From: Waterburya sp. | GTDB lineage: Bacteria > Cyanobacteriota > Cyanobacteriia > Cyanobacteriales > Xenococcaceae | Direction: 5' to 3' | Length of the DNA: 64,000 nt | Assembly: GCA_965217895.1 (NCBI GenBank) | Contig: CBDCJV010000002.1 | Span: 2,080,001-2,144,000 of the forward strand | In this document: in pieces, positions 1 to 9,147 of the stretch | Layout: each line of letters starts with the position of its first letter | Position numbering within the stretch: position 1 is the first letter of the stretch | Notes under the pieces: model-generated | What the model saw: the letters and a program-made list of their open reading frames with translations, nothing else | The model's database searches: none | Told to the model about the DNA's origin: nothing | Position numbers and translations under genes: made by a program

Positions 1-225
1 TAAATTTTCATCTTGAATTATCCTTGCCCAAGGATCGTTAGAATATTTTGAAGCTATTTCATTTAAGATCGCCTCTTCAATTTCAGCAATTGATTTTGGA
101 TAGGGAAACCCTTTGTTAGCTTCAATCTCAAAAAGAAAAGCAATTGAATAGTCATCATCAATCCACACAACTCGTTCTATCGAGCCATCATTCCATTTAA
201 TTAAATCGTTAACATATAAATTCAT
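1..225 (-). CDS. tnsB: Tn7-family TnsB transposase, N-terminal part (runs off window edge)
   Basis: Hand translation from ATG at 225, open to base 1: MNLYVNDLIKWNDGSIERVVWIDDDYSIAFLFEIEANKGFP...DPW; resembles Tn7-like TnsB N-termini; directly downstream of tnsA. Confidence 0.8.
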   Translation of the reverse strand, partial: MNLYVNDLIKWNDGSIERVVWIDDDYSIAFLFEIEANKGFPYPKSIAEIEEAILNEIASKYSNDPWARIIQDENL

Positions 226-254
226 AGCTATCTTAGATTTAATTCAAATTAATA

Positions 255-1055
255 TCAAATAACTTGTTTGATAATATTTGTATATGAGTTGTTAAAGACT
301 TTTGCTTCTTCCATTTCAATTACAATTTCTTTTCTGGCAATTAAATGTTTAAATAATGACAAACAAGTATCAGCCTCAAGATCCATATCTCGATCTAATT
401 TTGATGTAATTGTACTAATTCTTGATTTTTTGCTATTTAATATATCTTTCAAAATATTGTTAATGTAATAGCGATTTTCGCTATTTTTTTCAACTGGTAG
501 TTCCCAATGATAATTTGGATGAACCCACTTGACGTTATCAGCCAAAATTTTAGATATTTCTTGTTCTGTTACTAATGCCCAATCAACATTTTGTCTTTCC
601 CAATACAGTTTTTCTATTGTCCTCTTCTTTTCCAATTCTTTAGTCATTTTTATTGTGCGGGAAATTTTAACTAATTTACCACCCTGCTTGATTATCAACA
701 TAAAATCAGTGGTTAGTACATAGGGAACATCTGTGTTTTTATCTTTGGGATATTCAATTCCTATCTCATCAGCAATACAAAATGCCAGATCCAAATCGAT
801 CAATGGATATTGTTCTTGTATATCTTGAACTGCATCACTCCATTCAAGTAAATAAAAAAACCTTAATTCCCAATCAGACATAAAATGATGTACGCGATCG
901 CTTCTCCATCCAGGCGTTCTTGAAACTCTGCCTTGTGAGGGGAAATCTTGAATGGTTATCCAGGGTTTATAATTTTTTCCACTACCTTTTCCTCTTCCCT
1001 CTTTTACAAATCGCTCGAATTTCGTTTTTGTCCAATCCTGCTTGCGTCTACCCAT
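255..1055 (-). CDS. tnsA: Tn7-family TnsA endonuclease (apparent 5-residue deletion after EKL)
   Basis: KEGRGKGSGKNYKPW, RVHHFMSDWE, EQYPL and TTDF motifs match TnsA. Confidence 0.95.
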   Translation of the reverse strand: MGRRKQDWTKTKFERFVKEGRGKGSGKNYKPWITIQDFPSQGRVSRTPGWRSDRVHHFMSDWELRFFYLLEWSDAVQDIQEQYPLIDLDLAFCIADEIGIEYPKDKNTDVPYVLTTDFMLIIKQGGKLVKISRTIKMTKELEKKRTIEKLYWERQNVDWALVTEQEISKILADNVKWVHPNYHWELPVEKNSENRYYINNILKDILNSKKSRISTITSKLDRDMDLEADTCLSLFKHLIARKEIVIEMEEAKVFNNSYTNIIKQVI

Positions 1056-1074
1056 AAAAACAAAGCATAAAAAA

Positions 1075-1166
1075 CAGTACAGTCTTATTAGTTAAGATTG
1101 TACTATTTTATGACATAATTGTCGCGTCGAATTATAAATTGTTTAACCGAATTACCATTGTACACA
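1075..1166 (-). mobile_element. Tn7-like right end inserted at attTn7 downstream of glmS
   Basis: Minus strand begins TGTGTACAAT at 1166; four ACAAT-centred motifs about 19-20 bp apart (TnsB-site-like); 24 bp separate it from the glmS stop; tnsA-proximal end faces glmS as in canonical Tn7. Confidence 0.85.
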
Positions 1167-1190
1167 AAAAACGATAAAAAAGCAAATTCG

Positions 1191-3098
1191 CTATTCAACA
1201 GTGACGCTTTTTGCGAGATTTCTCGGTTGATCCACATCTAATCCTTTAATCGCTGCAATGTGATATGACAACATCTGCAAAGGAACAACCGCCAACACAG
1301 GGGAAATCAACTCATCTACCTCTGGGACAGTCAAAATATCATCAAAGGTGTGTGCTGCTTCCGTAGCATTCATGGCAGTAGTGACACCAATTAAACGAGC
1401 ATCTCTAGCTTTTGCTTCTTGGGCGTTAGAAATCACTTTATCATAAACACTTCCAGGCATAGCAACTGCTACTACGGGTACTTTGTTATCCAATAAAGCG
1501 ATCGGTCCATGCTTCATTTCACCAGCGGGATATGCCTCTGCATGGATGTAAGAGATTTCTTTGAGCTTTAATGCACCTTCGAGAGCAATAGGAAAGTTAA
1601 TACCTCTGCCAATAAAGATAAAGTCTTCGGTTTCGGTAGTAAAGTCGTGTGCCAATTCTTCGATCGCTTCGGCTTGAGTATCTAAGATAGTTTCTATCTG
1701 ACTAGGAATATGGCGCAAGCCTTCGAGTATCTCTTCAATTCTGGTGTTGGGTATAGCCTGACGGCGATAAGCCAAGTCTAGAGATAGGAAATAAAAGCTC
1801 ATGGTTTGAGCGACAAAAGTTTTGGTAGCAGCCACACCAATTTCAATACCTGCGTGGGTGTCGATAATGCGATCGCATATTTGCGCAATACTGCTTTCGG
1901 CGCGGTTGGTAATAGCCAATAGTTTTGCCTGGAATTTAGGTTCTAAATTAGCTCTTCTGGCTCTTTCTGATTCTAAAGCAGCAATGGTATCAGCAGTTTC
2001 CCCAGATTGGGTTACACCGATGGTTAAAGTGTTAGGAATTATAGGTTTAGGAGAATAGCGAAACTCAGAAGCATAATCTACTGTAGTGGGGATACCTGCC
2101 ACTTGTTCTAATAAATATTTGCCAATCAAAGCAGCGTGCCAACTCGTACCACAGGCTAATATTTGAATATGTTGGAGATCATCCGTTAGATTGGGAGATA
2201 AACCGATATTTACAGGGCTATAATCAGGATTTTCCTCGGCGTGCCAGTTAGGATTAATATATGTATCCAAACAAGTTCTAACTACTGCTGGCTGCTCATA
2301 GATTTCCTTGAGCATATAGTGACGGAAGCCTTGTTTTTCTGTCTGTACGGGATTCCAATCTAGGGTGCGAGGAAAGCGAGAAACGCGATCGCCAGCAAAA
2401 TTGTAAATTTCCACTCCTAATGGCGTAAGCTTGGCTATTTCGCCATTTTCCAAACCAAGAACGGCACGAGTATGGGGCAGCAATGCTGTAATATCAGAGT
2501 TACAAAAAAATTCTCCTTGTCCAAAACCGATGGCTAAGGGGGCTTGTTGTCTTACGGCGATTATTTCTTCGGGATAATCAGCGCAAATAATAGCTAGCGC
2601 AAATGCTCCTTTTAATCTATTTACTGTTTTTTGAACTGCTGCCAGCAAACGAGCGTAACGAGGTAAAAAATCTTCCTCAGCGGTTTTGAGAACTTCAGCA
2701 ATCAAATTGGGAATAACTTCTGTATCTGTTTCCGAGCAAAACTCGTATCCTTTGATTTTTAATTCGTCTTTTATTTCCTGATAGTTTTCAATAATTCCAT
2801 TTTGAACCACAGCAATCCGCTTTTCCATGTCCAGATGCGGATGAGCATTGTGTTCTTCTGGTTTACCGTGAGTTGCCCAACGAGTGTGTCCAATTCCTAT
2901 TTGAGCAGGATTAACGTCCCGTTCTATTTTTTCCCGCAGATTATAAAGTTTGCCTTTTGCTTTGATGCAATTAATATCTCCTTCTAGTACCGTGGCTACT
3001 CCTGCTGAGTCGTAACCCCGATACTCTAATCTTTCTAGACCAGAAATTAAAATGTCTGTAGCAGCTTGAGTACCTATATAGCCGACAATTCCACACAT
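1191..3098 (-). CDS. glmS: Glutamine--fructose-6-phosphate aminotransferase
   Basis: MCGIVG N-terminus, GHTRWATHG, C-terminal PRNLAKSVTVE. Confidence 0.99.
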   Translation of the reverse strand: MCGIVGYIGTQAATDILISGLERLEYRGYDSAGVATVLEGDINCIKAKGKLYNLREKIERDVNPAQIGIGHTRWATHGKPEEHNAHPHLDMEKRIAVVQNGIIENYQEIKDELKIKGYEFCSETDTEVIPNLIAEVLKTAEEDFLPRYARLLAAVQKTVNRLKGAFALAIICADYPEEIIAVRQQAPLAIGFGQGEFFCNSDITALLPHTRAVLGLENGEIAKLTPLGVEIYNFAGDRVSRFPRTLDWNPVQTEKQGFRHYMLKEIYEQPAVVRTCLDTYINPNWHAEENPDYSPVNIGLSPNLTDDLQHIQILACGTSWHAALIGKYLLEQVAGIPTTVDYASEFRYSPKPIIPNTLTIGVTQSGETADTIAALESERARRANLEPKFQAKLLAITNRAESSIAQICDRIIDTHAGIEIGVAATKTFVAQTMSFYFLSLDLAYRRQAIPNTRIEEILEGLRHIPSQIETILDTQAEAIEELAHDFTTETEDFIFIGRGINFPIALEGALKLKEISYIHAEAYPAGEMKHGPIALLDNKVPVVAVAMPGSVYDKVISNAQEAKARDARLIGVTTAMNATEAAHTFDDILTVPEVDELISPVLAVVPLQMLSYHIAAIKGLDVDQPRNLAKSVTVE

Positions 3099-3165
3099 AT
3101 TAATGGTTTTTATATATAAAGTTGTTTTATCGCCTCTAGTTTAGACCAAATGTTTCAAATAGTCC

Positions 3166-3744
3166 TTAGAAATTGTCTGATTCTGGTAACGCTCCTGATT
3201 GCCCATTTTGTAAAAATAAATTTCCCGCAGCATCGTTTTGATAAACACAGTCGATTTTAGGCTTTCCTTCTAATGGCCCGATAAACCCAAAAGTATTCAT
3301 GCGTCTCTTGCAATCTCTTTCCTGTTCGGAACTGACTAATTTTCTTTGCTCTAAAATAGACCAATTAGTACGCCGTAGAACACACCCAGGCTGCATACTA
3401 GGTTGGGTTAAATAGACGCTAAAGGGGTTCAAGGTCAAAAACACCCGCATATCTGTGACGATCGCACTAGCTCCAAATTGCTGACAGAGTTCGGGGTTTG
3501 GTGCTGCGCGATCTATTTGTAAACTAGAATCGACCGATTCATTACCGCTCGAGCCACTAGAGAGGTTTAAAGATAATCCAATAACTATACCAACGACAAA
3601 AACACTGGCGATAATTGCAGCTTTAGCTACATCTATAGGACTTTTTTTGGGAGAAGGGGTAGGAGGAGTTGAGCGATAATCCTGAGGATCGTAGCGATCG
3701 CCAGGATTATCGTAACTATTTCGATTGCGATTTCTGCGAGCCAT
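3166..3744 (-). CDS. Conserved cyanobacterial single-TM protein (DUF3172-like)
   Basis: One TM segment, then LCQQFGASA..LNPF..GCVLR..CKRRMNTFG with conserved cysteines. Confidence 0.7.
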   Translation of the reverse strand: MARRNRNRNSYDNPGDRYDPQDYRSTPPTPSPKKSPIDVAKAAIIASVFVVGIVIGLSLNLSSGSSGNESVDSSLQIDRAAPNPELCQQFGASAIVTDMRVFLTLNPFSVYLTQPSMQPGCVLRRTNWSILEQRKLVSSEQERDCKRRMNTFGFIGPLEGKPKIDCVYQNDAAGNLFLQNGQSGALPESDNF

Positions 3745-3894
3745 AAATAATTACTGATAAAGTTTTAAGCAATATTGATTGTTTATATATTAATATTTTA
3801 AAAGTTTTAGTTAGTGAATCACCACAATCGGCATAAATAGGCAGAAGAATAAGACCCAGCATAAAAGCTATAGACTCTCAGAAATAATAGCTAG

Positions 3895-4215
3895 AAGCGA
3901 TGCATCGCGGTCTTTGCGAGAGGAAATGCCCTGAGTTAAAGGGCTGTCTTGGTGAGCATTCCCTTGCGCCCAGCCCTGGAGGGCTGCGACTTTCCTTCGG
4001 AAAGGCGGCGAACTCCAGTTCGCGCGACGCGGGGTCTCACCGCTATTCCACTCTCGCGGTGTTGATTTCCAAAGGCGGCTTTTGAGACAGAGTATTCTTT
4101 CTCAACCTCGACAGTTTGCTCACCCTCGACAATAACCTCAACGGGTCATAGACCCGCAACGGTTTTGTCTCGCAAAACGCGCCGTACAAAGAGCGAATGC
4201 GCCAAGAAGCTTATA
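3895..4215. repeat. Cluster of nested GC-rich small dispersed hairpin repeats
   Basis: 3987-4025 is an exact inverted copy of 30084-30122; 3945-4044 matches 16614-16712 and 40498-40549; 4121-4175 matches 57903-57956. Confidence 0.85.
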
Positions 4216-4262
4216 GCTACAGCAGTTTGATCGGTGACTAATACCGGCAAGCCTGCAACACT

Positions 4263-5168
4263 TTATGGATGAATTGAACCATCGGGTAAAGTAGCACCAG
4301 TTAATTTAACAGCGGTGATTTTTACCATTATTTTATTGTTAAAGCCAACTTTTGCACCGTTTAGGTTAGCACCGCTTAAGTCTGAACCGCTCAAGTCTGC
4401 ACCAATTAGGTTAGCATCTTGCAGATTGGCGTTTCTCAGGTTTGCCTGAAGTAAGTTAGCACCTTTTAAGTTCGCCCCCTGAAGATTAGCACCCTCCAGA
4501 ATTATCTTGTGCAAGAAAGTATCACTCAGATCGGCGTAGGAGAGATTTGCCTCGGATAGATCTCTACAAGAAAAATCCTTTTCTTTAAAGTTAGATCTGC
4601 TCAAATCCGCACCGCGAAGGTCTTTGAAGTATGGTCTTGTACAGCTATTTTCTGCTGGACGAGGTGAACTATAGCTTTTTCCAGCCTGATGGAAGTCTTG
4701 ATAACCGTCGCTGCCACTAGTTTTGCGATCGCTTGGATTACTGGATGTAGAATAATATGCCCGATAGTCCCAAGGGCGACTTTGCTGGTAGTTTCCTGAG
4801 TAGTAGCTGGATTTAGCATAAGCCTGTTGCTGATTGGCTGTATCAGCAGAGGTACGATTGCTCTTAGAGTAAGCCTGTGTATTACGAGAATAGGCTCTAG
4901 CTTGAGATCTATCGTAATAGGTTTTTGATTCAGGCTGATGTTTGGCAGTCTTTTTGTGCTGACGATGATACGAACGCAAGGAGTCTCGCGCCTCATTTAT
5001 CTGCTGCAATTTCTCAACAGATTTCTGGATCAACCGCTCATTTTCTTGTGGAAGGCGATCGGGATGCCAAATAAATACCAAATCTTTATATGCCTGATTA
5101 ACCTCTTCAAGAGATGCGCCTGGGTTTAATCCCAAGACTTTGTAGTGCTGATCTAGGTTTTGAATCAC
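4263..5168 (-). CDS. DnaJ-domain / pentapeptide-repeat protein
   Basis: J-domain with HPD; C-terminal A(N/D)Lxx repeats. Confidence 0.92.
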   Translation of the reverse strand: MIQNLDQHYKVLGLNPGASLEEVNQAYKDLVFIWHPDRLPQENERLIQKSVEKLQQINEARDSLRSYHRQHKKTAKHQPESKTYYDRSQARAYSRNTQAYSKSNRTSADTANQQQAYAKSSYYSGNYQQSRPWDYRAYYSTSSNPSDRKTSGSDGYQDFHQAGKSYSSPRPAENSCTRPYFKDLRGADLSRSNFKEKDFSCRDLSEANLSYADLSDTFLHKIILEGANLQGANLKGANLLQANLRNANLQDANLIGADLSGSDLSGANLNGAKVGFNNKIMVKITAVKLTGATLPDGSIHP

Positions 5169-5614
5169 TATGGCAATCCTTCCTCAACTGTACCTAAGTT
5201 TTACTCAAACATTTGGCGATGTAAGTGCCTAATTTTACTAATTAATTTTTATTTTAGAATAATTGTTTTCAGAATCGAAAACCCTAAATAATTTCCTTAT
5301 TATTATAGATATTAACTTTATTCATGTAAGCTTCTAATTAGATTTGTAAACCAAGCTGTCATCTAAATTAACTATAATTGGCAAGTTGTTCAACATAAAA
5401 GTCGCTATTTCACTAATTAAAATACGGTTAACTTCAATTCTAAAGGATTAATAATGCAATTGAAGCGAATAATCTGGAGAATCGAAAAGGTTTCAATTTT
5501 TAATCGTCTTTTGGAGCGATCGCAACTATTGTTCCCACCAATGACTAATTTTAAAGATGATACCTATGATTTTGAGATAGATTTGGAGAAAGGGCAGATA
5601 ACTTATTTAAAGCT

Positions 5615-6040
5615 ATGGAAGAGTTGCTGGAGTTAAGGAAATACATAGAGGAGAAAAACTACGCTAAGGCGTTAGAAATTGTTGGCGAATTAGAGGAAAT
5701 GTCAAAAGAGGATAAGTTAAATAAAATTTACAGTTACGCTGTAATCCTCTTAATTCATCTAATTAAGCAAGAGGTAGAAAAACGCACTACTAGATCTTGG
5801 AATGTATCTATTAAAAATTCGGTGCGCGAAATTGATCGTGTCAACAAAAGGAGGAAATCAGGGGGTTATTATGCCTCTGATGTCGAACTGTTAGACATTA
5901 TCAGTGAAGCAATGCCAGCAGCCGTCGATCGCTCATCTTTAGAAGTTTGCGAGGGACTTTATGAGTCCAGGGATCTGATATCTCTATTTGACCAAAATTT
6001 GATTATTAAACGAGCTTTCAAGCTGATAAAAAACTCTTGA
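5615..6040 (+). CDS. DUF29-family protein
   Basis: ELEEMSKEDK..LLIHLIK..RSW..SI motif; paralog at 30535. Confidence 0.8.
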   Translation: MEELLELRKYIEEKNYAKALEIVGELEEMSKEDKLNKIYSYAVILLIHLIKQEVEKRTTRSWNVSIKNSVREIDRVNKRRKSGGYYASDVELLDIISEAMPAAVDRSSLEVCEGLYESRDLISLFDQNLIIKRAFKLIKNS

Positions 6041-6057
6041 AAACGATCGCTTGCTTA

Positions 6058-7134
6058 TTAACTGACAGTTATCTTTATCTGACGGCTGTTAATAATTTCT
6101 GTAAACAGTTCGGTAGACAAAGCTTGTTCTACGGGATAAATACCTGGCTGCTTCAGCTTACCCTCTAAGATTAATTGGACTATCGCACCTGTGCCTATTC
6201 CCGCAGCGATCGCGGTATTTTCATGTACCATAGTGGCATAATATGTTTGAGTTTTGCCCTCTTTTTCTCCTGTAATCTCCGCCCGCATTGCCACGCCGAT
6301 ACCGCTAAATCTGTCTGTAATATTAGTCATCAGATAACTGACGCGAGCGAAAAATTCGATTCCCTGGGGACTACTTACCCAAGCTTCAGGAAATATATGC
6401 GCCGTAATCCAGGTTAAATGGTTATACCAGTCAGGAATTGAGCCAAATTTGGTAATTACGGTATCTACACCAAAAGAATCAGCAAAAGTATAGGTTTCTG
6501 GCACATCAAACCAATATACTCCAGTCTTTCCATAGGGCTGAGGAAACTCAACTACTTCTCTGTCGGTATAGGGTAAAGTGTCCTGCCATTTGCCGTTAAT
6601 CCAGGCAGAGAATTTGTTTCTCAAGCCCAAGAAGGTAGTCCGCATCACGGTTAATCCTGCACCCCCCGATCCTCCTACCACATAGCTTAAATGAATCTTC
6701 TGAGGTTGATCGAACTGTTCAACGCCTTGTTTGACCATGCTGTTGGAAATACCAGGAAAAATGCCCGTATTGAGTATCGCTGTGACTCCAGAGGCGATCG
6801 CTCTATCCTGATATTTGATTGCCCGTTCATAAAAAGAGCGGTGATCGCTCACGTCAACGTAATCTATCCCTGCCTCGATACAAGCATCTAAGACTCTACC
6901 ATCTCGATGATGAAAAGGCCCTGCACAGTGAACCACCAAATCTTGAGGAGAGATCGCCTTTTTTAGCTTTTCTAGATCTGCCAAATCTAAAGTCAAGAAT
7001 TGAAAGGGTGAATTAATCTGTTGAGGTTTACGAGAGGTTATAGTAACTTCTGCATCGGTATGATTAGCGATATCTTGAGCAACACTATTACCAATTCTGC
7101 CACTACCTCCAATTACTAAAACTTTTTTGGTCAT
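6058..7134 (-). CDS. Saccharopine dehydrogenase-like NAD(P)-dependent oxidoreductase
   Basis: GGSGRIG Rossmann motif, HCAGPF, YVDVSD, GIFPGISN. Confidence 0.85.
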   Translation of the reverse strand: MTKKVLVIGGSGRIGNSVAQDIANHTDAEVTITSRKPQQINSPFQFLTLDLADLEKLKKAISPQDLVVHCAGPFHHRDGRVLDACIEAGIDYVDVSDHRSFYERAIKYQDRAIASGVTAILNTGIFPGISNSMVKQGVEQFDQPQKIHLSYVVGGSGGAGLTVMRTTFLGLRNKFSAWINGKWQDTLPYTDREVVEFPQPYGKTGVYWFDVPETYTFADSFGVDTVITKFGSIPDWYNHLTWITAHIFPEAWVSSPQGIEFFARVSYLMTNITDRFSGIGVAMRAEITGEKEGKTQTYYATMVHENTAIAAGIGTGAIVQLILEGKLKQPGIYPVEQALSTELFTEIINSRQIKITVS

Positions 7135-7226
7135 ACTGCGATCCTCTTTGGTGCGTACAAGTCACGGGTAACACGGGTAACAATTGAGCAACTAATAAAA
7201 TTATATTTATTTTCAAAAATAAAATT

Positions 7227-8087
7227 ATGACCGAGCTTTATTTTTTAACAGTTAATTACAATTCTAGTAGTTTGATAGCTCGTTTGCTTGAATCTTTGCC
7301 CGAACAAGATAATTGTAAATACCAGGTAGTTATTGTTAATAATTCTCCTGAAGATATAGATTTGTTAAAACTAGAGAACCAGCATATAAAAAGAATAGAA
7401 GCAAACTCTAATTTGGGTTTTGGGAAAGCCTGTAATTTAGGTTTAAATTGGATTAATAATCAAAATAATAAAGCCATTGTTTGGTTGATCAATCCTGATG
7501 CCTACTTTAAAGAGGACATTGTTAAAACCATCTTACCTTTTTTCAAAAAATATTCTGAAATCTCTATTTTGGGAACTTTAGTTAACAACTCTATCGGAGA
7601 AATAACTTCTGCTGGTGGAACATTTACCTCTGGTAGTGCTGCTATATCTATTATTAATACATTGCCAAAAGATCTAAGCCAGGACTATATCAAAACTGAT
7701 TGGGTAAGCGGCTGTAGTTTGTTGATTAACTTTAAAAACTTTTCCCAATGTCCTCAATTTTGCGATCGCTATTTTTTATATTACGAAGATTTAGATTTTT
7801 GTCTGCGCTATGGTCAGCAAGGACATCAAATAGCCGTAACTCCTTTAATAGAAGTTATACACGATACATCTTCAATTACTAATCGTGATACATTTCAAAA
7901 ATACAAACACATTACCCATAGCTATTTAATTCACATTGAGAACTATGGTAACTATTCTACTTTTCTAATAACTAATATCCGAATCTTGCTTAACACCTTA
8001 AGATTGCTTGTAATCAAACCTCACCAGGGTTGGGGAAAGCTGACTGGTTTTTATAACTACTGGCGAACAAGAATTAGTAATAATTGA
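7227..8087 (+). CDS. Glycosyltransferase family 2
   Basis: VNYN, NLGFGKACN, INPD, FLYYEDLD. Confidence 0.92.
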   Translation: MTELYFLTVNYNSSSLIARLLESLPEQDNCKYQVVIVNNSPEDIDLLKLENQHIKRIEANSNLGFGKACNLGLNWINNQNNKAIVWLINPDAYFKEDIVKTILPFFKKYSEISILGTLVNNSIGEITSAGGTFTSGSAAISIINTLPKDLSQDYIKTDWVSGCSLLINFKNFSQCPQFCDRYFLYYEDLDFCLRYGQQGHQIAVTPLIEVIHDTSSITNRDTFQKYKHITHSYLIHIENYGNYSTFLITNIRILLNTLRLLVIKPHQGWGKLTGFYNYWRTRISNN

Positions 8088-8119
8088 TTAATGATTAAGT
8101 AGTGCCAAAGACTATTGAT

Positions 8120-8887
8120 TTACGGTTTTGGGAGCAGTTGTTTAAGATTTTTTTTCTGCTTCTTATAGTAGGATAGTCCCCAAAAACTACCGACTATTAA
8201 TAATCCTAAAGTTGGTGAAAATTCAAAAGGAACGGCAGTGGCACTTAGATTACCAATTCCTACCGCAGAATTATCATATTTTGTAAGAATACCAGCAACG
8301 TCGGGAGCTTCTAGAAGAGTTGCTTGTATAGTATAGCTATCAATTGGTAATCCTCCATCAATTATGAATGAATTATTACGCTTGTAACTATAAGTATTGG
8401 TTAATTGCAAATTAGAATCGAGATCGACATCAACAGTTAATGGATTTGCTCCAGTTCCCACAACAGCTACTACAAAAGTATCTAAGTTTAAACCCAAAAT
8501 GCTTTTTTGATTACCTTGAAATATCCAGTCAAATTCTATGGCTATATCTTTATTTTGATTTTCTTCTGTAATTTCAATTCCCCCAAATATTGCTGTATTT
8601 AGCACATCAATATTTATTAGTGAATTGCCATTATCAGAAATAGCCTTATCCTCTTTTGCTCCCAAAAGCACAAAAGGGCTATCAAAAAAATCATCTGTAG
8701 AATTATTGTAATTTCCAAAACCGTCAGGTGTATTTGTCTGATTTATGTTACTACTGGCAGGAACATTATTATATACCTCTCCTATACTGCTATCAAAAGT
8801 AATTTCAAATGCGTCAGCAGGTAGAGGAATAGTCAATGATAATAAGCAAAATATTGTCCAATAATTTTTGTTTTTTATTATCTTCAT
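8120..8887 (-). CDS. Secreted protein with PFE-CTERM (PEP-CTERM-like) sorting signal
   Basis: Signal peptide ending ADA; C-terminal VPFEFSPTLGLL + TM + basic tail. Confidence 0.85.
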   Translation of the reverse strand: MKIIKNKNYWTIFCLLSLTIPLPADAFEITFDSSIGEVYNNVPASSNINQTNTPDGFGNYNNSTDDFFDSPFVLLGAKEDKAISDNGNSLINIDVLNTAIFGGIEITEENQNKDIAIEFDWIFQGNQKSILGLNLDTFVVAVVGTGANPLTVDVDLDSNLQLTNTYSYKRNNSFIIDGGLPIDSYTIQATLLEAPDVAGILTKYDNSAVGIGNLSATAVPFEFSPTLGLLIVGSFWGLSYYKKQKKNLKQLLPKP

Positions 8888-9019
8888 ATAACTAGTATCT
8901 TGATAGTTATTTTTATAACAATGATAAAAATAATATTTAATAAATATAACCGTGTAAATAACTAAGTGGTGAAGTCTATAAATTTAGTACTTGATTGCAT
9001 TTAAAATTAGCAATTTTTA

Positions 9020-9058
9020 ATGTAATCTATTTTACATTCAATGTAAAATAGATTACAT
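9020..9058. promoter_or_regulatory. Perfect 19-bp inverted repeat containing two GTA-N8-TAC (NtcA-consensus) boxes
   Basis: ATGTAATCTATTTTACATT-C-AATGTAAAATAGATTACAT; boxes at 9022-9035 and 9043-9056. Confidence 0.55.
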
Positions 9059-9147
9059 ATTTGTTATTGGAGACAAAAAATATTAATTTGTTTTGTATAT
9101 TTATTTTGATTTGACTAACAGCAAACATTAAGTTTACTGATTACTGA

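Noticed and set aside
3900..4085. 61-aa ORF or structured RNA gene (RNase P, tmRNA, SRP)
   Set aside because: Made of dispersed repeat modules found elsewhere in the window; no hallmark motifs of those RNAs seen
5454..5636. 60-aa ORF upstream of DUF29
   Set aside because: No recognisable motif and overlaps the DUF29 start; possibly a remnant but unsupported
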